Part shown: piece by piece, positions 12,769-22,283 of the stretch
How positions within the stretch are numbered: position 1 is the stretch's first letter
How the letters are laid out: the number at the start of each line of letters is the position of its first letter
NCBI GenBank assembly: GCA_963693365.1
Contig: CAVNZM010000002.1
Location: forward strand, 2,062,259 to 2,126,258
Reading direction: 5' to 3'
Length of the DNA stretch: 64,000 bases
Source: Amoebidium appalachense
Lineage: Eukaryota > Protista > Ichthyosporea
Position numbers and translations under genes: made by a program
The notes under the pieces: generated by a model
Told to the model about the DNA's origin: nothing
Seen by the model: only the letters and a program-made list of their open reading frames with translations
Database searches by the model: none

Positions 12769-14088
12769 ATGGTGGCCAGAGACAAGGGCATTGAGCAGGT
12801 GATTGAGGAGACCTACGCCACCTTCAAGCTCCCCCCCACCGTGCAGGCACTGTGGCGGCGTGCAAAAGCAAAAGACAAGAGGGTAGGGCAACCGGCCGTG
12901 CGTGCCTACCTGTCCAGAAGAAACACCGGGCAGCAGGAATCCCTCAAGGAGGTGCTCGCCCCCCATCGTATCGAGAGGAAGGACTACCTCCCCACCACAG
13001 CACGGCCGAACAGCGTGGCGGCGGATCTGTTTTTCATGACACGTTACTCAAAGGCAAACAGGGGGTACAAGGGGGGATTGAGCATGATTGACATGAACAC
13101 GAGGCAGGCAACGGTCGTGCCCATAAAGACAAAGAGCTCAGGGAGCGGGAAGAACGAGCACCTCACCATCAGCAACGGGCCGGAGATGCAGAGGGCTGTG
13201 CACAAAGCCTTAAAGACCATCAGGGAGATGAAGGACGAAAGCAACAAAGGGGAGGAAAACCTACAACCTACAGAGGTCAAGCAGATCTTTACGGACAAGG
13301 GCACGGAGTTCCTCAGCAATACAATGAAAAAGTACTACGATCAACACGACATCACCATCCTTCCTCAAAAGCCAGGCCGAAAACCACGCAACGTGGCCAT
13401 GGTAGAACGGTTCCATCGCACCCTAAAGCAAGGATTGAGCAAGTACATGGAGGCCAACGACACGGGCAAGTGGACGGGGGAGGGGTTGGAAAACGTGTTG
13501 GAGGATTACAACGACACGTACCATGGTTCGATCGGTAGAGAGCCCAACAAGATGACCCAGAGGGCCGAACGGTGGAACAGCATCAACACGTGGCTGGAGA
13601 ACAGGAAGCAAAAAGGTAAGCTACGTGCCAAGATGGGGCACACGGAGGGCGAGCACGTGCGTGCACTCAAAAAGCCAAAGGGACCGTTTGAAAAGGAGGG
13701 AAGAAACTGGTCCAAGGACGTCTACACGCTCGCCTACAAGGATGCAAGTGGGTGGGCGCTACGCAACGCGGCTACAGGGGAGATGAGGAAACACACGCCA
13801 GGCCTACGCTACGCTTGGCCAGACACCATGCTAAAGAAGGTACCACCTACCAGCGTGTCTGTACCGCCCAGCAGCGGGATGCGTGCAGCTCGCAAGGAGA
13901 CAGCCAAGGAGAGGGCTCGCGAGGAGCTGGCGTTTGAAGGGCGCGAGCTGGTGCGCCAGAAGGGCACGCGTGCACAAGCCCAAAAGGAAAAGGAAAAACG
14001 AAAGGCACAGGAACTGAGAAAACTGGAGTTTGCCCACCAACAGGAGCAAACGGGTCTGCGTCGCAGTGAAAGGCGTGCACGCCGCTAG
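12769..14088 (+). CDS. Polinton/Maverick-type retroviral-like (rve, DDE) integrase, 439 aa
   Basis: ADLFFM...NRGYK...ID...PIKTK, TDKGTEF, VERFHRTLK, YNDTYHGSIG.EP, GEHVR...FEK..RNWS match the Polinton c-integrase pattern. DDE triad intact, intronless, ACCATGG start. Confidence 0.92.
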   Translation: MVARDKGIEQVIEETYATFKLPPTVQALWRRAKAKDKRVGQPAVRAYLSRRNTGQQESLKEVLAPHRIERKDYLPTTARPNSVAADLFFMTRYSKANRGYKGGLSMIDMNTRQATVVPIKTKSSGSGKNEHLTISNGPEMQRAVHKALKTIREMKDESNKGEENLQPTEVKQIFTDKGTEFLSNTMKKYYDQHDITILPQKPGRKPRNVAMVERFHRTLKQGLSKYMEANDTGKWTGEGLENVLEDYNDTYHGSIGREPNKMTQRAERWNSINTWLENRKQKGKLRAKMGHTEGEHVRALKKPKGPFEKEGRNWSKDVYTLAYKDASGWALRNAATGEMRKHTPGLRYAWPDTMLKKVPPTSVSVPPSSGMRAARKETAKERAREELAFEGRELVRQKGTRAQAQKEKEKRKAQELRKLEFAHQQEQTGLRRSERRARR

Positions 14089-14136
14089 GTGTGACCTGCC
14101 CATTCTGGAAAAACCATCCGTCTTGAAAAAAACAGA

Positions 14137-14241
14137 GACGCCCCACCAACCAGCCACCGCGAAAACTGGCCATTTTGGGATGATTGCGCAAACAGGGGAC
14201 GCCCCACCAACCAGCGACCGCCAAAACTAGCCCAATTTGGT
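14137..14241. repeat. Two direct repeats with a 61-bp period downstream of the integrase
   Basis: GACGCCCCACCAACCAGC.ACCG..AAAACT.GCC at ~14137 and ~14198. Confidence 0.75.
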
Positions 14242-14445
14242 CACCTTCCAAATCAGGCTAATCCTCCATGTGCGGACCCCAGGCCCAGGTCCGGATCAGG
14301 CCCGTGCGGGTCGGTTCGGGTCGGCCTGGTCAGATTTGGGTCGCGTCGACCCGTTAACGACCCGGCCCGACCCGACCCGGGCTAATCTGGACCGGCCCGT
14401 GGCCCGCGAAATTTTCACAGCACACAGGTGCGGGACTGTGTGATC

Positions 14446-14943
14446 ATGGGGCTGGGCAGCTGCTGCGGGGTGTACAAGGTCACACAGGACAAGAGGAAGG
14501 CCGGACTGGACACTGACAAGGTGCAGACACCAGCATGGGTGCTGGATGCACTCGAAAAGGAGTTTGGCGCACTCAATGACCCCTGCCCCATCACCTGGCG
14601 GGAGGGGGAGGACCCTTGCGCACTCACAGACGACGACGTGTGGTCCACCGAGAAAATAAACTATGTCAACCCTCCCTTCTCTGAGATTCCCCCATTTTTA
14701 CGCATGGCCATACGGATGTACATATCCAAGGGTAGAAAGAGCGTGCTGCTCGTGCCTGCACGCACGGAGGCACGCTGGTTCCATGACCTGGCCTTCAGGT
14801 ACGCCGCAGAGATACGCATCCTGAGGGGTAGGATCAAGTTTGAGGGGTTCAAGAGGCCATCGCCAGAGGGCGTGTGCCTGCTAAAGTTTGTTCACAGAGC
14901 CTCAGCCTGTCGGTGGCCCGCGTGTAGTGTCGTGGATGCCTGA
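14446..14943 (+). CDS. Phage-type DNA N6-adenine methyltransferase (PF05869-like), 165 aa
   Basis: QTPAWVLDALEKEFG..DPC, W...YVNPPFS, LLVPARTEARWF, EIRILRGRIKF is the full motif series of the phage Dam-like family. Confidence 0.9.
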   Translation: MGLGSCCGVYKVTQDKRKAGLDTDKVQTPAWVLDALEKEFGALNDPCPITWREGEDPCALTDDDVWSTEKINYVNPPFSEIPPFLRMAIRMYISKGRKSVLLVPARTEARWFHDLAFRYAAEIRILRGRIKFEGFKRPSPEGVCLLKFVHRASACRWPACSVVDA

Positions 14944-15070
14944 GGCATACCCGCGCAGCTCAAAGGCAGGGGCCGTGTTGGGGCTGGATTTCTAGCTTAA
15001 TTACTAAGATCTACTAGTAGGGTCTAGATCATAAAAATGTGTGTTAGAGTGTATGTAGTGCGTGCACACC

Positions 15071-15330
15071 ATGGCCAACTTGGAATCGTGCTGAACGACC
15101 AGTTTCAGCCCCTCACTGCGCGTACGTCAAACGCCACGCACACAGACTTTAGCTACTATGGCCAGCAGGCGATGGCACAGGCTGTTGCGGACAAGATATG
15201 CCCGCACGGTACCCGCCACCCCTTCTTCCTCAAACCAAGCACCATGGCAGGGTCTGCAGCAGGCCGATTTGCTCGCCCCAGACCCACCTTTGCGGCACTC
15301 AGGCGTGCACATGGCAGGCCCATGCACTGA
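15071..15330 (+). pseudogene. Small island ORF, probably frameshifted
   Basis: ACCATGG at 15071 is out of frame by 1 nt with the downstream open frame (IVLNDQFQPL...). Confidence 0.3.
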
Positions 15331-15427
15331 CCGTTAGTGTACGTAGTAGGCCATGGCCAAGCGGGCAATTGGCAACCAAAAATAAAAATAATGTGCATGC
15401 ATAAGTAAACGTGCAAGTCACGTCACC

Positions 15428-16009
15428 ATGGGGGTGTCATCGCAAGGCAGGAGCGGCAACACGCGTGTCATCTACGTGCAGAACCGGCCAAACAAGGCCT
15501 CAGAGGTAGCCAAGTGGGTGGGGGCCCTGGCGGGCGGTGCTGCCTTGGGGGCAGGGGGGTACTATGCATGGAAGCACAAGGGGGACATTGCGAGGGGGGT
15601 GGGCAACTACATGTACAACAAGGCTGCGGATGCTGCCACCTACACTGCAGGGAAGGCGGGGGAGGCGGGGGGGACGGTTTTCAAGGGCCTCAAGGGGGTA
15701 GCGCGTGCCACAGGCGATGCTGCCATGCAGGGCACGCAGCGTGCAGGGCAGGGCGCGCAGAATGGTGCATTCAGTGCGTGGAAGACCCTGAGGAATGGCA
15801 CGAGGGATGCGGGCAACTACCTGCTGCACAACACCCAGGATGCGTTGGGATATGGTCCTTATAACTTGAATGCTGCAGGCACACGCACGGGAAACAGCTA
15901 CGAGTGGAGAGGGGGTGGAGGGGGCGGTGCGCAGGTGCTTGTCGGCGGTAAGCCCTACGTCTGGCCGCCAGCCAGGTCGCCAAACGTATCGGGACGCGGC
16001 ATCCTCTAA
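15428..16009 (+). CDS. Gly/Ala-rich hypothetical protein with an N-terminal hydrophobic segment, 193 aa
   Basis: ACCATGG start, island-like codon usage, hydrophobic WVGALAGGAALGAGGYYAW, AATAAA upstream. Confidence 0.65.
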   Translation: MGVSSQGRSGNTRVIYVQNRPNKASEVAKWVGALAGGAALGAGGYYAWKHKGDIARGVGNYMYNKAADAATYTAGKAGEAGGTVFKGLKGVARATGDAAMQGTQRAGQGAQNGAFSAWKTLRNGTRDAGNYLLHNTQDALGYGPYNLNAAGTRTGNSYEWRGGGGGGAQVLVGGKPYVWPPARSPNVSGRGIL

Positions 16010-16294
16010 TGGAACCTTCCGTTTATGGTAAGTGTGCAGGGAAAAACCGTTGGCGGGCGGTGCGAGCGGCCAATCAAATTTTGTAGAATTTGTTGACTTG
16101 CATTCCATTGGCGACTCCCCTGCGCTCCTATTGGACGCCTAGGGCAACAGGAGTCACCGAATTTTGGAGCACGGTAGCGTGTGTGCACCGGAGGGCACAA
16201 AAGCCACCTGCAAACGTTCCTTATTCAAACACTTTTTCTTATATTCTAAGCCACTCTAGCCTGGTCTTTTTGCAAGCAGCGAACTTTGGAAACC

Positions 16295-17395
16295 ATGGCA
16301 GACCTCTCCTTCCTGCCCCCTCTAGATCTAGACGATGCTGATGTTCTTGCTGCCGCCGCAGCAGCCATTTCTGTGCCAGCCCGCAGGCCTCCTCCTGGCC
16401 GCACCTTCTCCTGGCATCTCAAAGATTTGGATCTTGACACTGTTCTGCTTCAACCCTTCTACGCATCCTACCGCACGCTTGCTGAGGGGTATGCAGCACA
16501 GCCCAGTGTTTCCGCCAACGCAGCATCCTTCCTCCTCTCCGCCAAGAAAGGTGACTTCTTCGCTGGCTATGATGCAGGGGGCGAAGTCTACTTCCAAAAA
16601 CGCTTCACGGGTCTAGATGACTTTGATGGGGCATGGCTCCCTGAGATGCTGGTGCGTGGTACCATCTCTGAGCCTGCAGAACTGGCTGAACTGCACGGCA
16701 AGTCGCTTTTGGCAACACTCGCGTGCCGCAACGCCCTCATGCTCAAGGGGGTGGCTGCTGCTGTGGTAGACATCCTCCTACCGCAGTTCACAGAGCATGA
16801 GAGATCCACTAGGCACAAGGTAGAGACAGACCCTCAGTTGGTTGGCAACTACATGCAGAGGTACCTGGAGGAGATAGAGGCCAACTGGGAGCCCATCGTC
16901 GGGATGTGCAAGGCAGGACTCACTCCCCACAGGGAGAGAGAGGTGGCCCGCCACCTGGCTCGTGTTGTTGCTGGCTTCCTGCAGACCATGGTGGCCACTG
17001 CAAAGGCAGCCAAGTTGAAGTCCACGCCCCTCTTCAAAGGGGTCGCCATGGATGTCCTCCATGACATGCAGGCATTGCTGCGTGGGGTTGCGAATGAGCG
17101 TATGTATGGTGCAGGTGAGAAGATTGTGTTTGCAGGGCTGATCAAGAAAAACATCCACAAGGAGGCACCATCACGGCGCAAGTCCGGCACGTTCATCGAC
17201 ATTGCCCCCAAGGAGAAGGAAAACCTTGCCCCCCTCCGCAGCAGCAGCACCAACAGCAACACCCCCTACAACAACAACAACAACATCATGACGGTCGGTG
17301 CCCCCTACTTCTACGGTAGGACCCGGGTGCCTAACTTACTCCGTACCTCAGCGGCACCGCCCCTCAAGACTGTGAACCATGGCTACATGGGCTAG
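16295..17395 (+). CDS. Hypothetical island protein, 366 aa
   Basis: Long intronless non-repetitive ORF with ACCATGG start and GC3 bias; no family recognised. Confidence 0.75.
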   Translation: MADLSFLPPLDLDDADVLAAAAAAISVPARRPPPGRTFSWHLKDLDLDTVLLQPFYASYRTLAEGYAAQPSVSANAASFLLSAKKGDFFAGYDAGGEVYFQKRFTGLDDFDGAWLPEMLVRGTISEPAELAELHGKSLLATLACRNALMLKGVAAAVVDILLPQFTEHERSTRHKVETDPQLVGNYMQRYLEEIEANWEPIVGMCKAGLTPHREREVARHLARVVAGFLQTMVATAKAAKLKSTPLFKGVAMDVLHDMQALLRGVANERMYGAGEKIVFAGLIKKNIHKEAPSRRKSGTFIDIAPKEKENLAPLRSSSTNSNTPYNNNNNIMTVGAPYFYGRTRVPNLLRTSAAPPLKTVNHGYMG

Positions 17396-17498
17396 TGCAC
17401 AGGATAGGGGGCAGTGCCCTAAACTTTGCCATTTTTAATTTTTTTAGTAAAGTACCTTAAAGTTTGAGCATGCCATGGCCTCATTAACATAGACACCG

Positions 17499-17937
17499 TT
17501 GTGATTTGTGTATACATAGTGGGCAGTGCCCTTTATTTTCACGTTTTTTTTCTTCTTCTTCTATACAAAGAATTGAACCGACGGCAAAAATAAACTTTTG
17601 TTTTTTTACGAAAGTTCCAAGAAAAAGAACAGAGCACAAGCTGAAGACTACCATGGTGCATTGCACACGTGTGTCTGCACGTGTGCGTGTGTGTGTGTGC
17701 ATGTGTGTGCATGTGTGTGCTTGTGTGTGCCAAAACACTCTAACAAAAATCTATGAAGATTTTAACGATAAAAAATAAAAAAACTTTGTGATCTGTGGAT
17801 GCATTGGGCGGAGCCCTTTATTTTCACGTTTTTTTTTCCTAGAAAGAAAACCGACGGCAAAAAGATCCAAGGAAAAAAAACAGAGCACAAGTTGAAGACT
17901 ACTATGGTGCATTGCACACGTGTGCCTGCACGTGTGC

Positions 17938-17940
<3 letters not shown>
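17499..17940. repeat. Imperfect duplication between convergent island genes
   Basis: GCCCTTTATTTTCACGTTTT...AACCGACGGCAAAA...ACAGAGCACAAG.TGAAGACTA.ATGGTGCATTGCACACGTG occurs at ~17528-17690 and ~17813-17938; each copy has a minus-strand AATAAA. Confidence 0.8.
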
Positions 17941-17994
<54 letters not shown>

Positions 17995-17995
<1 letters not shown>

Positions 17996-18969
17996 TAAAC
18001 GTTGCTGTTTGGCCCGTGGGGTGGCTCTGCCACAACCACTTGGTAGACCTTCACGGTCTCTGATGTTTCTGGCCTCATCCGTTTGTTGTCACGTTCCGTG
18101 ACAACGAGGCTGAACAGTTTGGACTTGATGCCCTCGTTAAGGGCCGTCAGAATGTCCCGTGCCGTTTCCTCCACCCACAGGCGATCCATCACCTCGAACA
18201 GGAAGTTGTGCACAAGTCGTTGCAGGTTATCCCGCAGCCCTCGTTCCTTGTGCATTATGCGGGGGTGGCAGTTTGGGGGTGAGACCATCCAATCGACCGT
18301 GATAAACTCGACGTACTTCTTCGACTCCGACCACGTCGTGTCGACAAACGTGATGAATCGCCTAACGTCGTTAATGTTATCGTCGTCGAAAACTCTCGGG
18401 GACACCGAGTCCAGGAAACCACCCACACGGCCTTCGTACACGTACAACCCCCATGCATCCCCCTCGGCCCACTTCTCTAGTTCCCCCAAGTCTCTCTTGA
18501 ACCGTGTCTCGTGCCCATCCTCGTAGTTGGGTGCGGTGATAGTGAACGTCCATTCCCCCTGCTCGTTGATTTCCCCCTTAAAAATGTCCGTGCCTAACAC
18601 TTGGTTGAGACGTCCTGGTAGGGCCTTCTTTTCCTCCATCGACCACGTGCCTGTGTGTGTGTTCACCTTGGTAATTGCACGTTCCCGCTCCATCACTTCG
18701 TCCTCGAAAAACTGCCATACTTCCACCCTCTCCATGCTCGTCTTGGCCCAGTCGGCAATCATCTCCCTATAGGTGGGTGAAACGGGGCGTGTGACCCACT
18801 CTTTAGTACGGTGATTGTAGTACCTGTAGGTACCGTTGAAAATGTGCAGGTGGGGTTGGGCTGCCACGTCGAGATAGTGGCCAAACATGTGTTGGTTGGT
18901 TGCTTTTCTTATGAAGGGGGGACCAAGTTCGAGGTCGTCCTCTGAGGAATCAATACGATGAGAAGACAT
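17995..18969 (-). CDS. Hypothetical island protein, 324 aa
   Basis: Intronless complex ORF with AACATG start; no family recognised. Confidence 0.75.
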
Positions 18970-19308
18970 GTTGTTGTGTGGTGATTGATTGTTCTAAGTC
19001 TCACTGAGTAAAAGGATGGTGTGGTGTCTTTTAAAAGTCTTTATTCTGTGCGAAAAGAGATGATTGTGAAAATGTTTAAGAGTTTTTTCTAAGTTTTTTC
19101 TTCACAAAAAAACGAACGAAAACGAGACGAGACTGAGAGAATACGTAATATTACGTAACATTCAATTTCGCTTGATTTCATTGGCTCATAAGTTACGCAA
19201 AGTTCAAGTTGGCGCAATCATTTACTCTCTCACTCATGTACGTACTAAGTCAACTCAGTCGCGGCGGCACACAGTGTTTTTTTTTGGGAAGAAGTTTATT
19301 TCGTGGCA

Positions 19309-20274
19309 TCACCCGGAGGTAAAGAGATTCTGAATAAACAGACATGTGCCTATTACATCCTGACGCATTTTCGCCTTGTCCTCCCCAGGCATGGGCGTGC
19401 CAGCACGCTTAGCCTGCCCCATGTCTACATCACCCCCCTCCCCCTCACTACCCGCACCACCACTGACCAACTCCATCAGACCATCTAACTCAAACACCTG
19501 AACCTTGCGGGCAACGAGCTTGGTGCGCACAGTGTTGTTTTTCTTGTTGTAGATGACGCTGGTGGCGGCAGCAGACACCCATGCAGTAACCTCACGGCAC
19601 TTGGCACGCTGGGAGTTCATAAACTCCACAAACTCATCCACAGAGGCCGCGTTGTTGCCCAGCTTGAAGAGGCAGGCGTTGCGGCCATGGGGGTTGGGCA
19701 ATTCCAACGTCACGTTGAAGTAGGTGTCGCCCAGTGCCCCCTCCATGTCCTCCTTGCCGACGGGGTCGGCACCCAGCACCTCGTACAGGTTGGGGGTGTG
19801 CTTGCTCCAGAGGTTGCTGCTGGTCTTGACGGGCACACCATCCAGGTCGACACCCTTGAGCATCTCGTGGTCCTTGTGCATCCACAGCACGTCCTTGGCC
19901 ATGCTGCACACGTAGGGCCACAGGTCTGTGGCGTAGGCCACCTCAAAGGGCTCGGGGCGGCGTTGGGACTTGATCTTAATGGTGGGTTTGGTGTCCCAGG
20001 CAGCCGTGCTGGGAACCAGCTCGATGAGCATTTGCCCGTTGATGTTGATGTTGGGCAGGTTGTACAGCTGCACCACCAGCACGTCGTTCATGACCCAGGG
20101 TGCACCCATGGTGGCCTTGCCCACACCGTTGAGGAACACCTCCTTGTACAGCACCATCTTGGACCCCTCAACGCTGCTGTTGATGTTTTCTTTGCCACTG
20201 CTTGCCGCGACGATGCTGGTCCTTTTGACGGTGGACAGACCAGTCATTTGACGCAGCAGGGTTGGCTTGACCAT
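19309..20274 (-). CDS. Hypothetical island protein, 321 aa (possibly OB-fold ssDNA-binding)
   Basis: Strong GC3 bias, AAAATGG start, AATAAA downstream on the minus strand. The function guess is weak. Confidence 0.78.
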   Translation of the reverse strand: MVKPTLLRQMTGLSTVKRTSIVAASSGKENINSSVEGSKMVLYKEVFLNGVGKATMGAPWVMNDVLVVQLYNLPNININGQMLIELVPSTAAWDTKPTIKIKSQRRPEPFEVAYATDLWPYVCSMAKDVLWMHKDHEMLKGVDLDGVPVKTSSNLWSKHTPNLYEVLGADPVGKEDMEGALGDTYFNVTLELPNPHGRNACLFKLGNNAASVDEFVEFMNSQRAKCREVTAWVSAAATSVIYNKKNNTVRTKLVARKVQVFELDGLMELVSGGAGSEGEGGDVDMGQAKRAGTPMPGEDKAKMRQDVIGTCLFIQNLFTSG

Positions 20275-20453
20275 TTTGCTGTTGCTTGGGGGGTGTGGTG
20301 AACGTTACTGTGGTGTGCACCTCGACTGTGACTGTCTGGCTCATGTTTGGTTGGTGAGAGGTTGCCTGTGTGCGGCTGTTTATGTACACGGCGGTAGGAT
20401 GCAGGGTGCGTTTCTGGCCAATGAGGACCGTAATCCCTGTTCCCTGTGCCCTC

Positions 20454-20618
20454 ATTGGACACCTAGAACCACATGTGCCTGTCTAGATTCCGATTGGACG
20501 CCTTGTGCGGCAATTTGCTTTTTTGAGCCGAATTATCATTGGTCGCCCTGCGCACCCGTAATACCATTGGACGCCTTGTACATGGAATTCAGAATTCGAA
20601 TTCTTATTGGACGCCTTG
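20454..20618 (-). promoter_or_regulatory. Array of five CCAAT-containing motifs (ATTGGACGCCT on +) upstream of the 19309-20274 gene
   Basis: ATTGG at 20454, 20493, 20538, 20566 and 20606 with conserved flanks; the same motif occurs at 16130. Confidence 0.6.
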
Positions 20619-21411
20619 CGCAAACCTTCGCATTCCTTTGATCCGCACTTGTGTACATGTACGCACCACACGTACGCGTACACGTACACGTACACGTGTT
20701 CCGCCCTCTCTCTCTTTAATTGTTTAATCATTTAATTAAAACCACGTGCTCTGCACATGTTTTACACACACAGTGTGTGCACGTGCTCCTGTACATATAT
20801 CCACCCACATCTCATATCCCATATCGCGATATGTGTACACAGATATCACACATCTCATATCCACATATCCCATATCCTGGGGGGTGCGGATAATGGTCGA
20901 GGTGACGTCATCAAAGATGACGTCACGTCGACCATGTGCCGCGCCCCCATATGTAGTGAGGACGTGACCGTACGTATATACGTAGGCAAAATGTATATAT
21001 ATATATTGTGCATTAAAGCACTTCATATTTCCCTTTTATTCCTTCAAAGCTTCAACTGCCAACACCAGGAAGGCCTCTAATAACCACAGGGGTTTTTGAG
21101 TATATGCATTATAATTACATTTTGATGCAATATAGGCACAAATAAGCATGCCCTAGTTTACTGATGCGCGACGATTACGTTTTTTGGTGAGCCTGCTCCG
21201 ACGGAGCATTCCGGTTTTCGAAGAGGTTTTCCGAAACGGGATTTCGACTTCCGTTAATGGGCTCCACCGTCCTTCGAACACTGCAGACGGCCCAATCTGG
21301 CCTGTGTACGCCGGGTTTCAAACCCCTTGGACATCGCTTGTAGGCCTACTCCAATTTCTATAATCCGCCTCCGGAGGTGGATTATGCGCGAAATGTTCAA
21401 CGCCGTGTGAA

Positions 21412-21669
21412 GGTCTAAACCAATGAAAATTCATGTCCTGAGACCTTTTTACATTTCTCTCTCGGCCAATCGTCGGCAGTGCAATATAGCCAAAAAAAGT
21501 TAAAGTGGAAAAGGCGCCAAACCGTAAAGTCCGTTGTCACGGTCTAAACCAATGAAAATTCATGTCGTGAGACCTTTTTACATTTCTCTCTCGGCCAATC
21601 GTCGGCAGTGCAATATAGCCAAAAGAAGTTAAAGTGGAAAAGGCGCCAAACCATAAAGTCCGTTGTCAC
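21412..21669. repeat. 129-bp tandem duplication
   Basis: 21412-21540 and 21541-21669 are near-identical. Confidence 0.92.
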
Positions 21670-22189
21670 CGGCATGGCCAGCTTGCTGGTGAGCCTGCGA
21701 CAGCCCGAGCGCAGGCTGCGACACAGCCACACACAGCCGGCCACGTGTGGTAGGTCGTATAAAAACGAGCCCCCCCTCAACTATTCTTCCTCTTCGCGGC
21801 CAACATGTAGGCAACTTTTTTTTTACCATTAGACAATCTTTTGCACATCGGTCAAGATTGTCTGAACCGACAAGATGCCTGTAGGGGGAAGCAAAGAATG
21901 CACTTGCTGCAATTGCGGCCGAAAGGGCCATGTTTCGTGCTAAATACATAGTGGTCTTGCAACCGGAAACGTTGTTGTTATAGTATATGCAAATGGTATC
22001 ATCACAGTGTATACAAATACGTATATACATACGGGACACTGCACAGTCACTACAAAAAAAATAGTACTGAGTCCTAGGTACGATATCCGTGCAAAGTATG
22101 CGCACTCCGATCAACGTAAAACTTGTACAATGTGACTTGCCAATGGTAAACCAAGCTGAAAAAAGTGTTGTCTGTTTGACACGAGCGGT

Positions 22190-22283
22190 TATCTACGCCA
22201 GGTTTTGACCTAAATGGATACTGATTTGATACCCGGCGTATACGGTCTACGCCGGAGTTCGTAACTCCGCGTTGCCAAACAGG
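22190..22283 (-). mobile_element. Right end of a PIF/Harbinger-family element (terminal CCC missing)
   Basis: TAACTCCGCGTTGCCAAACAGG at 22262-22283 is the reverse complement of 579-600. Confidence 0.55.

Noticed and set aside
15500-20301. Antisense ORFs such as 15500-16108(-), 18083-18526(+) and 19687-20301(+)
   Set aside because: They are shadows of GC3-rich genes on the opposite strand.
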